Shown one piece after another: positions 37,651 to 49,300 of a stretch of DNA of 64,000 nucleotides. The notes beneath the pieces are model-generated. The model had not been told where the DNA came from and made no database searches. It worked only from the letters and a program-made list of their open reading frames with translations. Each line of letters opens with the position of its first letter. Position 1 is the first letter of the stretch. Source of the stretch: Marsupella aquatica (Eukaryota; Plantae; Marchantiophyta); contig OZ316893.1 in assembly GCA_973895155.1 (NCBI GenBank), positions 26,214,798 to 26,278,797 on the forward strand, given 5' to 3'. The position numbers and the translations under genes were made by a program.

Positions 37651-39299
37651 CGGAGGAGGAGTCCATGTAACTGGTGCGCTCAAGATTGGGGCTATTGGTT
37701 GTCCATTGTGCTGCCTAAGGTCCTCAAATTTGCGCAATGGAGCCACCAAAGGTCCATGGGCTGCTTGGAGTCGTTGTACCACCTCTGGTTGATGATCCAT
37801 GTTGCTAGAAAGTGCTGCTATACGTGCAGCAGCATGTGCAACAGCCACCTCATCATCAGCCTCCTTAATCCAATCTTGCAATGGGTGGTTGACATAGGTA
37901 GCTGTGTGCACTGCTTTCAACACACAGTGGTGAGCCATAGGTGTATGGGCACCATGCAAATCAAGTGGAATGTAGCCCAAGTGTGAGCCATCAGTATGCC
38001 AATCAACTCTGTAGTATGCAACCTCATGCCAGTTGTCAATGGTAAAACCTGGTGGGAACAAAGCCTCCTGGCCAATGAGCACATCATACGTAGTGGCATT
38101 GGTAACCAAACATCTGACTGGGAAATGCAGTTCCTGATCTGTACCTCCATTAAAAGTGAGAGTGAGTAAAGTAGAACTCTCACCCAACACATCCTCCACA
38201 GTGCCACTAGCAGTCCGAATGTGCCACCTGGATTGTTGTAAATGATTAGTCAGCAGTCCCATCTTCTTGGCAAACTGAATGCCCAATATCACTGGTTGAG
38301 CGTCTGTGTCTAGCATGACCACCTGAGGAGTGTGACCCTCCAACTTGACCGCTGAATGCCTGTTGTCAACAATGGCAATGGTGGTGGAAACTGAAGTCCT
38401 GTCGCTAGGTACCACTTTTGGCAAATGATGAGGTACCTTGTGAAGGGAGTTAGTGTCCACGGTCTTTCCACTCAACAGCATAGTCAGGAAAGATGGAACA
38501 GCATGACCAGAGTCCAGTGTAGCTCTAGTCACACAATCTACAGCAATACTGTCATCTCTACCACTGGAAATTGGTACTGGGATAGCCAAACCAGTGGAAG
38601 CATGTAATGGAGAAGAAGAAGGTCCAGTATGTACATGAGATTGGACCTCCAAAACCGGTGTCACAGGGGCTGATGAAGAATGCAGTGAGCCCTCTAGCGC
38701 TCTGATGACAGCTCTAGCATCCAGTTGTAAATCATGGCAACTAAAAAGTGGAGTTGTAAGAATCCTTTGTGCCATACCGGAGGTGAAATGCTCAAGCAGC
38801 TCAAGAGAAACAACTCCCTGTGAAATGTCAGTAGCACCTGGTGGTGGAATGGATGTAGCTACAGTGCCCTCCCCCCTGGCCAACAAGGTGCGCTCTTCAG
38901 CAAGTGTGAGTGGCTAAAAAGATTGGGGCATGACAGCCCAAGCTCCCCTGGCTCTAGTCATAGGACCGGCAGCAAGACCATTAGCCTATACAATGTGGCG
39001 TGTGGGAGCAATACGGGAGGCAGCACTGGCCTGCTGGTAAGCAAAATAGGAAGGGCAAAATGAATCTAAAAATTCTGCTGTAAGGCCAAGCTGTGTAGCA
39101 GAGGATAGCACACACTCACCCATATGAGCATCAAATGGCAAGCCATAGAAAGAGCGGGGTAGAGATGTTGAACTGTCAGTGGTGCCTGGGCCAGGGATGG
39201 GTTGCACGTGACCAGCCGGTTGAGAAGGACCAGCAGAGGTAGGTGACTTGCCTTTGATGTTGGCAAGTTGGGCACGTAGGGACTCAACCTCATGAGTCA

Positions 39300-40750
39300 A
39301 AGACTGGAGTTGAGTTGCCTGGGCATTGTGAGCCTCCTTCTAAGCTGGTTGCTTCTGTTGCTGCTTGGGCAATTTGTTGGCACTGGGTGCTTTGCCACTG
39401 GAAGGAGGAGCAACTGATGCAGTAGGAGCCCTCCTAGCTGGTGGGGGTGGAAACAGGAGCAGGATGAGTGGCCTGTTGTCGTAGCTGCTTCCTCTCTGTG
39501 AATTTGGCAAAATAAACTACCTCCAAGTGACCCACTTTCCCGCAAAAATCACAAGACAGGTCCTCAGCAACAATATCACATTCATTGGCCTTGTGATTAG
39601 GATTGCCACAGTAGTTGCAAGATGGCAGCATGAAAGCAGCATGTGTTGGTTTGATCTTGGAAGCATACTGTGGCACACGGGAAGGGGTGGCCATTGTAGG
39701 GGCAGCAGCCTGGTACCTGGATCACGGTGGACGCGCAATACTGGCCTCATAATGTGCATGGGCCAACTCAAGTTTCTCAACAGTGTCGTAGACATTGAGC
39801 AATGTGTAGCTGTCTCCAAACTCTGAGAATACTTGCTGCAACACTTGCGAATGGAGAGTTGGTGTGCCCTCCAATGCGCAAAGATAGCGATGAGCAGCTT
39901 CCAGGTCAGTGATGCTCTGGGTGTCCTCCTTCAGCTTGAGAAGCCGACAATACATCATCTTCAAGGTTTCATCGCGCTGCCTCACAAAGGTGGCCAACTA
40001 CATGATTTTGTTAGCACTCTTGATTGGGAATTCCAATTCAAGAACCTGGAAAAAATTAGCCATTGGATCAGCAAAGGCAGGGGAATCAATGGTGGGAGAA
40101 ATGTCTGATGTAGCCTGTGCCAAGACAGTGGGAGTAACTGGCGCAGTGGTAGGAACTGGAGTAGGAGGGGAAGTGGCAGGAGCAGCAGCATGGGCTGCAA
40201 TGGCATTCTATAAGGCCAATTGTGAGGCTGCCGCAATTGCACTGGCATAGGTAGGGTTAGGCAACTGTGTGACAGCAAGCAGCCGTTGAGAATGTTGCTC
40301 ATACACATCCAAAGCCTCATGGTGCACATACCTGGCTAGTTGCTTAAATGCAAAAGCATTTGTGAAATTGCTACCGTACTTCAACTCCAATTCGTAAACG
40401 ATAGTGTAAAAAGTGGATTTGAACTCAAGTAAAGAGACAGTGCCTGGCCGCCCGCTAAAGCGCTCAATGTGGCCAGATGAGTGGTTGGCATCCATGCTGT
40501 ATGTCGGTGAAGCAGGAACAACCACTGATGCAGAAGGGGTAAATGGCAATGAAGTGATAGCAGGCTTTGGAGTAGTGGTGAAGCGACCGCCAAATGTAGC
40601 AGAAGGATTGCGTGGTGTGGGTGCTGCTGCTGCCTGCTGACGTCGTCGAAATTTCCGAGACTCCAATGAAATTGGCACCAATGGTCGTGGATAAGTGGTA
40701 CCGGGGTGTTGGTGGCAATGAGTTGTTACCTCCTGGCTTGTCGGCTGACA
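39300..40750 (-). pseudogene. gag-like region with two CCHC zinc knuckles
   Basis: ERFSGRPG...EFKSTF, RQRDETLKMMYCRL (capsid MHR-like), CNYCGNPNHKANEC, CDFCGKVGH; in-frame stops. The start is approximate. Confidence 0.75.
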
Positions 40751-42454
40751 TGTTGCATGCTCACCCGGGGTGCCAGTGGGAAAGAAATTGACAAGAAAAA
40801 GAAGTGGCAGGCCCAAGGCTAGGAAATAAAACCCACAAAGGAAACAAACGGTGCAAGGCAGCAATGTGTAGAATGTGTGAACACACAGAAAAACCGTCGG
40901 CAAAGACAAGACCCTTAAAAACTCCAATTATACCGGTGTTGTGCTTGCTGGATTGACTGTCTGATGAATATGCCGGGCCCTCAGCTTTATGCAGATGACA
41001 CATAGCGGCAGCAAAGAAATCCGGAAAAATGGGCCCTTAAAAACGTAAACCTGGGACCCCCTTAAGTGTATACATCGGCCCTTTCAAATGTATAAACATG
41101 GGGCCCGGTTAAGTGTATACATCGGGCCCTGATGTGGACCCGGGAAGTAGCAAGCAAGACGGAAAAGAGACCGGACACGCGTCGGCAGCAAAATGGTCGT
41201 AGTGGGGACCGGCCGTGGTGCCCTATGTACATGCCCTCATGGGAGTCGAAAGACCCTCGCGCAGCAGACGAGCGACCACGGAGGAACGGGGGGAAAAAGA
41301 CGGGACCCAAGGTGAGGCGAGAGAAAAGAAAAATGGCCTTAATTGCTCCAGCTCTGCATAGGGCTTCGTGCCATATGCCCTCCTTAGTCCTTATGAGCTC
41401 CCGAAAAGGGAGGCTACGAGCTCCCCCTCAATCCACTCCTTAAATGCTTCCGTGCCTGGCAGAGTGGCAGAAGGACTCCAGGGAAAGGAGTCGAATGTAA
41501 CTCCCCCTTCTTTAATTCTCCATAGGGCCTCGTGCCCTCCTTGCGCTTCAACTCCCCCTCCTCCTTGCTTTCGCTTGTGCTTGGCTGCCCCTCCCCCTGC
41601 TTTAATGCTGCTTAGGGCTTTGTGCCTGGCAGAAGTGTGACTCCCAAGAGGAGGGAGTCGAATGTACTCCCTCTCCTCCTTTTAATGCCCTGCAAGAGGA
41701 CTCCCGAAAGGAGTCTAATTGAATTCCCCCTCCCCTACTTTAATTCAGCATAGGGCCTCGTGCCCCCTCCATCCTCGTGCTGCCTTGTGCTCGGCTCCCC
41801 CTCCTGCCAATGGCCCCTATTAAGTGCAGGGCACGATGCCCTATGCACAGACAGTCAGGAGGTGAAGGAAGGAAAATGGCCGGAAAGGAAAAAAAAATGG
41901 GTGCGCGGCCCTATGCAGGTCGCGTTGCAGTCGAAAGAGGCTCACCGGCAGCCGTGGCCAGGGAATACAAAAAACGGCCCCGAAATTAAAGAAATGGCAA
42001 TGGCGCAGCGGCAGCAGGTCGCGGCAGTTGAAGGTGGTCGTGCGGCAGCCGTGGCCAAGAGATGGCCATAAAAACCAAAGAAAAAGGGGCCCCAAACTCC
42101 CGAAGGATCGTTAAAAAATGCGAGCGAGGGCACTGTGCAGAACGCGAAGTGCCGGGGGTCGTGCAGTAGCAGTCGGCAGCACGTCCCGCCCAGGGAATAC
42201 CAAAAACTGGCCAAAAAGGTCATGACGGTCGGCAACAATTATGGAAGCAGATCGAGTTGCGGCCGGCAAGAAAAATCCGGGCCCCTTGTTATGTGTATAC
42301 ACTTAAGTATACACATAACACCACAAGACACCCATAACTTTTAACTTGTCACTCCGATGTCCGTCGAAGAAATTGCAATGGCTTCACCAAAAATTGTCGA
42401 AATCATCCCGAGCAATCTTCTTCCCTTCACCGCTATCTTGAGAGTTCTTCTTGA

Positions 42455-42812
42455 ATAAAAGGCGTAAGAGAAACAATCGTACTAAAATCGAATCAAAAAC
42501 CGGCGGGATGCCAAGATCGGCCGGGAGCATCTAACGAATCACTGTGTGAATCCCGTGTACGGAACTGACGAGCACTGTCTTAGCTCTGTCAACAGCGATT
42601 CAAGAAGAACTGAAAAACCCACAAAGAAAGACATGCCCTAAGTAAACAAAGTCCTGGCATCACACTAACAAGCGTGTTTGCTTCAAGAACGTTTGGCATT
42701 TGCTATAAGAACATGTCGCTAACTCAAGTAGTACACTAGCCCTAACTACATACCTAGCGGGCATGCAAGGGACATGCCGATGTGCACAAGAGGCACTGTC
42801 CTCGGCATGACA
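42455..42812 (-). repeat. Split direct repeat A1 (5' terminus, starts TG)
   Basis: Near-identical to 32490-32847; not followed by B sequence. Confidence 0.95.
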
Positions 42813-44375
42813 GGGGGCCGGGCTAATGAAAGCCAACAAACTTAGCCAAAATTAGTGGTGAGAGACGTGGAATATAGCTTATTTCTACCACAACAGAAAA
42901 AAAACCTGTTGCAATTTACTGAAATCTTTCAAGGCAAAAAAGGGGAGAAAGGGAGCTTAAGGATTACCCCAATGGACAGTTGGCTGCCTCCAAGATTGTG
43001 GGTGGTAGCTGATTTTAATTTGTAAATTTAGTCTAACCCTCTTAAACTTGTGAAACTTGACCACCATGATCATTCAAAACTTGTTGTGTCCTTGTTACTG
43101 AATGAAACTTGGAGAAGCTGAGTCATAGGAAAAACTCTTTCAAGATTAGTTTGATGTTTCTGACCACGAATATTTTCATCAAAAGATGAGGGAGTAATTG
43201 AAAATATGTTGTACTGCAAGTTTTGAAGCAAGAACAATGATCTTTACAATTTCATTATGCCCAGTTACCGAACTAAACTTGGAAATGTTGGAAGCAATGG
43301 ACACAATGTTTCTAGCCGCTTCTAACCGTTCTAATCACCCCAAATTTCATCAAGAGATGATAAAGCAATTGAATATAAACGCTGCTACAGTGATCATTAA
43401 AAGTCCATTGTGCCCTTCTTACTTAACCAAACTTGGTAGTGTTGGAGTATAGGAAGGAATAGCTTCTATAGGTTCAAATCATGCAAAGTTTCATTGAGAA
43501 ATGAGAGACTAGTCAAAATTTGATATTTGTGAGGCAACTTTTGAAGGAAGGACACTTTGTTCTCACTAAAGTTGTAGAATCTTCCAGCAAATTTATAAAT
43601 TAGGGAAAAACAAAGTCAATGAAAGGAAAGAAAAAGAGTCCAAAGGTGACAAATACCTAACCAGAAAACGAAAAGAAAGTGTAAACCTAAAAAAGGATGA
43701 AGAAAAAGAGAAAAGTGTCAAACATTACATGAGTGCAAAGTCAAGGACCAGAGTCTACATTGGAAGATATCAGTTGTTGTTGTTGTGTAACTTAGGTTCT
43801 TTACCCGAAAAGAACGAAACATTGGTATCTTAAATTGAGTCTCAATCCCTAATTTTGAGCTCCAAACATTGGTTTCCTTAACTTTTAAAACTAACCTAAA
43901 TTATTCCTCACTGGGACCCAAAACAACTTCCTCGAAAACATTAAAAATAATGTCATTTGGCATTTCACATGAAAGTTTGGAAATGCAGCCCAAAAAAGAA
44001 AAACTCATACTCTAACATCCAAAAATCTTCGCTACAGACAAGCTGGGGTCATTGAAAGTCGTTTTGGAAATTAGAATTCATATCTATGGACCAAAAAGAC
44101 ACCATTCGTTATCCAGAACACTGTAACCTTTTCCAAAGTCATTTTGGGAAATTGAACCCTATGCTATATTGCTACCGCAAGCATAGCAAGGTTCTCATAT
44201 TCATTTTAGTAATACTCTAAGCAATTTGATGTACACACAGATTTGTCTGTATGCATAGTCTAAGTTAGAAAACTGTGAACAGCTTCAATAAGATCTCTAT
44301 CCAAACCTTTGAACTTGGATAGGATTCCAAGAGACATAAGCTTGGATGGGATTTTGAGCAGCATATTAAAGAAAT

Positions 44376-44447
44376 GCATACTGTAGTCCAGCAATTGAAT
44401 CACTTCCTTTGTGCAGGAGGTCGAGGGTTCAAATGTGACCTCTGCCA
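44376..44447 (+). other. Degenerate tRNA-like / SINE-head remnant
   Basis: TGTAGTCCAGC (A-box-like), GAGGTCGAGGGTTCAAAT (variable loop and T-loop), ends TGCCA. Stems pair poorly. Confidence 0.3.
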
Positions 44448-45004
44448 CTATGCATCCAGTCCTGGGTGCGCGACGGTGACATTAGCAGGGACAGGGCACA
44501 AGAGTGCTTGCGAGGGTCACCAGGGTGAGGGTGATCAACTGCAAAAGCACCCTATTGCATGAACTGAACACTTCACTCTGGGGAAACTTTATATCTCATT
44601 AGAGACTTATTCTTGAGTAAAGTTTTTCTTTCAAGGCAAAACCACCAACAACCTTCATTTTTGTATGGCTGAATAGAATTAGAGATGTCGTCAAAATGGT
44701 GGCATAACAGCAGTGTAAGGAAGATCACCATGCAATAAACATTTAAAAAAAAAGCTGTAAGAGAGGTGTGAGAGGCAAGAGGACAAGAGTTGAGCGTCCA
44801 AGCAAAAACTTTCCCTTCAAGGGCCCCTCAAAATGGATATGAAATTGGTGGGGCCTCTTTTACAAGACTTGTGAGATCTAGAGGAAGCTTTGGTCATAAA
44901 TAGATGATGCATACCAATGCACAGTTCCAGGTGTGCCCCAGGCCACTGTTCGAGGCAGCTTTGGTCATTATTTAGATTATGAAATACCAGTGCCCAGTTC
45001 GAGG

Positions 45005-45560
45005 TGTGCCCCAGAGTCAGTTCTGCCCCAGAGACACTCTCTAGAGGCTTCACTCTAAAGAGTCTTCTAGTCTTTGACCTGCCTTTGACCTGCCTGACAC
45101 TGTCTAGAGGTTTCACTCTAAATGCCCCATAGTCGAGTCAGTTCTGCCCCAGAGACACTGTCTAGAGGCTTCACTCTAAAGAGTCTTCTAGTCTTTGACC
45201 TGCCTGACACTGTCTAGAGGCTTCACTCTAAGTGCCCCAGAGTCAGTTCTGCCCCAAAGACGCTGTCTAGAGGCTTCACTCTAAAGAGTCTTCTAGTCTT
45301 TGACCTGCCTGACACTGTCTAGAGGCTTCAATCTAAAGAGTCTTCTAGTCCTTGACATGCCTTATTGGATAGATTTTGTAACCCCCGCCCCAAATCTAGC
45401 TGGACTAGTGGCACCTATTTAGATGAGGGCTTAAGTCAAATCTGACCATTTAGTCTTGAATCTATTCAATAGATTGTGTAGCCCCTGCCCCAAATCTAGC
45501 TGGACTAGAGGCACTATTTAGATGAGGGCTTAAGTCAGACCTGACTATTCAGCTTTAAAT
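45005..45560. repeat. Compound tandem repeats (~110 bp x3, then ~105 bp x2)
   Basis: GAGTCAGTTCTGCCCCAGAGACACTGTCTAGAGGCTTCACTCTAAAGAGTCTTCTAGTC recurs; CCCCAAATCTAGCTGGACTAG...GGGCTTAAGTCA occurs twice. Confidence 0.9.
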
Positions 45561-46392
45561 CTAGTCCCTCAGTGGAGTTGCTCTTACCAATACTTCCTTA
45601 TAGAGCTCCGAGAAGGCTAAGGCCAGTGACATTTCAATGCATGCACTTTCTTTTGTGGATGCCGGGGTCCAACTGTCTGTGGAATCCAAGGTTATGGTGT
45701 TTGTTTTACCATCAACACCCATCATCTTGTGTGAATCAGAAGAGCTACAAGGGATAGGAGAATAGGTGTGATAATCAAATAAAAATTAAACAGAGATAGC
45801 ATTTTCCGTTTAGGACCTTCAGGTGGACGAACCACAGTTGGGCAACCACAACTAATGCCTCATTTAAATACCTAAATTAATTCGATTTACAAGCTTTTCC
45901 TCTCTAGGCTATCAGCATTGCCACTCGGTAAAAAAGAGCATGATTTCAGTGCGAGAGCTTAATCAAACCTTCTTTATTGTTACCCTCACACCTGAAGCTC
46001 ACAATTGCAGCGGTATCGAATTCCAAAGCCAGTTCAAGTTGAGGCATCTCTTGGGACAAAGAAACTACTTTAAACGCGCAGAAATTTTACAGACAGTACA
46101 CCAGCTTTGGTCATCTACAAGACGACTGCAACCCTGGAGTTTTGACACCGGTAGTGGCCCCCTGTGATAACGCCAATACAGGCCACCTCGTACTACTTGC
46201 ATCGTAAGGCTAGCAAAATTGTAGCTCAATCTCTGAACAGTGATTGGCAAATAATAATAATCTAGTGACTCTTTGACTTTTAAAGAATTGATCAAACTTG
46301 GCACCCCACTTTTTTATGGGAGCACAAGTGCTGTAACAATATCGAGAGAGCGAGAGCGTATCCTACAGAACCCAATTAATTTGAGTTGTAAC

Positions 46393-49300
46393 TCAAAATC
46401 CGTCAGTTGTGAGTAGGCGAATGAGGGCAGAAACAACTGGACTGGATGAAATATCTAAAGCAGGTCTTTCAATCTTTTCAAACAATAAAGAATCTACCTT
46501 TGAACGCAGCTCTTTGATGAGCACAGCAATTCGAGCTGGGGCTTCAAACTCCAACCAGTCATCAACTGATATTGCTTGCTTCTCATGCTTGACTTGCACC
46601 TTGCCCCCAAATAGAAGCAACCCATACGCCGGAACCATGGTACTATCCTTGAGAAAAACTTTGGATGTTTTAGTCTTTTCACTGAAAACCAGCCACGGAC
46701 TTTCAAACTTCCCAACGGAGAAATTCACACTAGCAGGATGCAAAAAGACTCGGCCATCGGCCTTGGTAAAGAAACGAAGCTCACGAGCTGCAGCTACTTT
46801 GGCAACAGTTCCACCTTCCGTCTGTACATACGTCTTTTCCGGATGAATCACCCGGACTATGTTTGGATAGAATCCTGCACAAATTACTGCCTTCACAACT
46901 CGAATGCTGTTTGCATTTGCATCCAGTTCAGTTCCACTTGAAGTTTGATCCATCCTTTTGCTTCCACCGCCGGGCAAGAAGCCAATATCAGCAAGAATCT
47001 TGAAAAAGTCTTGTCGGCTCCCTTCAATTCCCACCAAAGTCTCCCTAGACAAGAAATTTGTCGTGCAGTAATTGCTTTCTGCGTTTCTGCCTTCTTGCCT
47101 TGCACTCAACCACCCATTGTAAGCACTAACAATTGTCAAATGGTCGCTCTTGCTAGTACCAGCGAACCGAAGCCGTGCAGCACTTGCCTCCTCTCGCTTC
47201 TCCATTGGGGAGAGGAAGGGTGTGCGCCCACTCAATGCTGCGGCAATGGTGACCACTGGATCTAGACACTTGAGCATGCACCCAAAGAGTAGCATTTTCC
47301 CCACACGCGCATCCACTGGCATCCGCGCCAGATGATGGCCCAAGGGAGTGAGTCTCTCAGCAGCATCCAACGCATTTAGATCTTGAAGATTCTTGAGAGA
47401 CGTTCGTATTGCACCCAACTCCGGAGGAGTGATTATCTTTGATGCAGCAACCTCAACCTTTTCTGCAAGAAATGATTTCACCTGGAAGAGCAATACCACC
47501 AAATCTGTTGTTAATATTCATCACTGGAGTCATCACATTCATGTTACGTTGGTGCTAGCACATCTCATGTTAAAGAAAGACTAACAAACTTTCAGTGAGT
47601 GATTTTGAGGATAAACAAACAACTGAATATCGACAAGTTTACATCGATAAACCGACATATTCAGAATTATCGGAATTCTACCTTCAAGCATAAGCCATCT
47701 AGTGATACCCTTAGTATTTCTGGGAGCTGTTGATCTTCCAATGTCTGGAACTGCTGCCGGCTGAAGAGCCGAATGCAATATCCGGATTGAACACGACCTG
47801 CACGACCACGTCGTTGCTTTGCACTAGCTTTGGAAACCCAAGTTTCTTCCAGGCAGGAAATTCCACGACTATGGTCATATCTCATTTCCTTGTGCCGCCC
47901 AGTGTCGATAACATACCTGCAATAAACACAAAAGAAAGCAATCCAACTCAATATTAGTCTTTGTCAGCTTAAGGTACGTTCCAGCAGAAAACTTGTGTCA
48001 TGCTCATACTTGTGAAGACAAAAAAGTAAAAAAACAGAAAAAATCTTACACAACATCATCAATGGTAACGCTTGTCTCTGCAATATTTGTCGCCAACACA
48101 ATTTTTCTCGTGCCTGGCGAAGGCCTTGAGAACACCTTCCTTTGTTCATCACTAGTCAAGGACCCGTGAAGAGCCAAAACCCAGATACTTCCAGAATGAC
48201 TTCCCGCAATCTGAGAAGACGAATTCAGCTGTTTCTGCAATCTACGGATCTCTGCAACTCCAGGTAAGAATACCAAAATTGCACCTGTTTGTCTCCTTTC
48301 TCCAGCTTGGTACCCTCTGTGCCCTTCAGAATCTCGTGCTACAGGATCAGACGTGTTCGAAAGAAACGCCTCTTCTAAGATAGCACAAATGAGAAGTTCT
48401 ATAATATCATAATTGATCAACGTCTGATCCACGATAGTTAAAGACTGAATCGTGGCTTCGCTGTATACACCCATTGCCAATGTGTCTTCTTTCCCTTTGT
48501 CTTCTGCCAGAGATTCCCAATTATCCATATCCTCATGGACAGAAGTAGCGCTTTCTGAAGGAGATGACAGATTTGGCAAGTCTGATGAGCTAACCTTCTT
48601 CCTCATGGCATACCGAGAATTGCGCCCCACTTTGTATCCTGTGAGATCGAGTGCATCCTCTAAATAATATTCTTGTACTGGAAAGGTAAAGCCTGGAATA
48701 CTCACGACACACGGATCAAGGTTGACCTCCTGTCTGAAGTAACGAAGGAAAACAGTGGTATCGACTGTTGCGGACATCAAAATCAAGCGAAGCCCACTAC
48801 TGGTTCTGTACAACAACAACAACAATCCTAGTCAGCTAAAGACTTTTGAAGGTCATATTAATTACGATAGAGTTGTTAGATGCTAGCTCCTTACATCAAG
48901 TCACAGCATTTAGACTAGTATATAAGACCCGAACAGGAAAACCAGGATGAAGGAGCTGACACAGAAGCAAGCTTTTAAACACAGGTGGCACAATTAGACA
49001 ACCAGGAACAATCCCGTCAATGCTAACCTCTTAAGAAGTTCCCGGAGAAGGAGCAATAGAAGGTCACTGTCCAGTGACCTCTCATGCACTTCATCTACTA
49101 TGACATGAGTAACTCCTTCAAGATCAGGGTCAGATAACAGCCGTCGCAGTAAAATACCAGTGGTGCAAAACAACAGCCTTGTGCGTTGGGATCGAATACT
49201 CTCCAAACGAACTGTGTAGCCAACCTGAATACACCAATCCACTGGACATCAATCATGAAGAATTTTTTTATACAAAGATTCAACACAACTGAACCTAGAT

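Larger units (their letters stand above)
33065..39300 (-). pseudogene. pol polyprotein: aspartic protease - C5 cytosine methyltransferase - RT - RNase H - integrase - PHD, with premature stops and a MITE insertion
   Basis: VMLDTDAQ (PR); RMCGDYRPLN, DLRQGFNQI, MPFGLKNAP, YIDD (RT); HTDWS, YEGECLA, YTDHQPL, NADTMSR (RH); HSELGH...CEQC, WSCDL, MAERMVQTCK (IN); CKVC...LLCDNCNGGYHLFC...WFCPSC (PHD). All ORF pieces from 39300 to 33065 share one frame once the 305-bp MITE+TSD is removed. Confidence 0.9.
32314..42812 (-). mobile_element. Ty3/Gypsy-like retrotransposon with split direct repeats, carrying a C5 DNA methyltransferase and a PHD finger
   Basis: Element-sense ends TGTCATG...CACGACA with GGGG on both flanks (32310-32313, 42813-42816). 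Repeats: A1 42455-42812, B1 32850-33025, A2 32490-32847, B2 32314-32489. Domains: gag, PR, DNMT, RT, RH, IN, PHD. Confidence 0.9.

Noticed and set aside
32314-42812. Classification as a DIRS/PAT/Ngaro tyrosine-recombinase element
   Set aside because: No tyrosine recombinase ORF was recognised. It has a protease, an HHCC + DDE integrase, TG...CA ends and a TSD.
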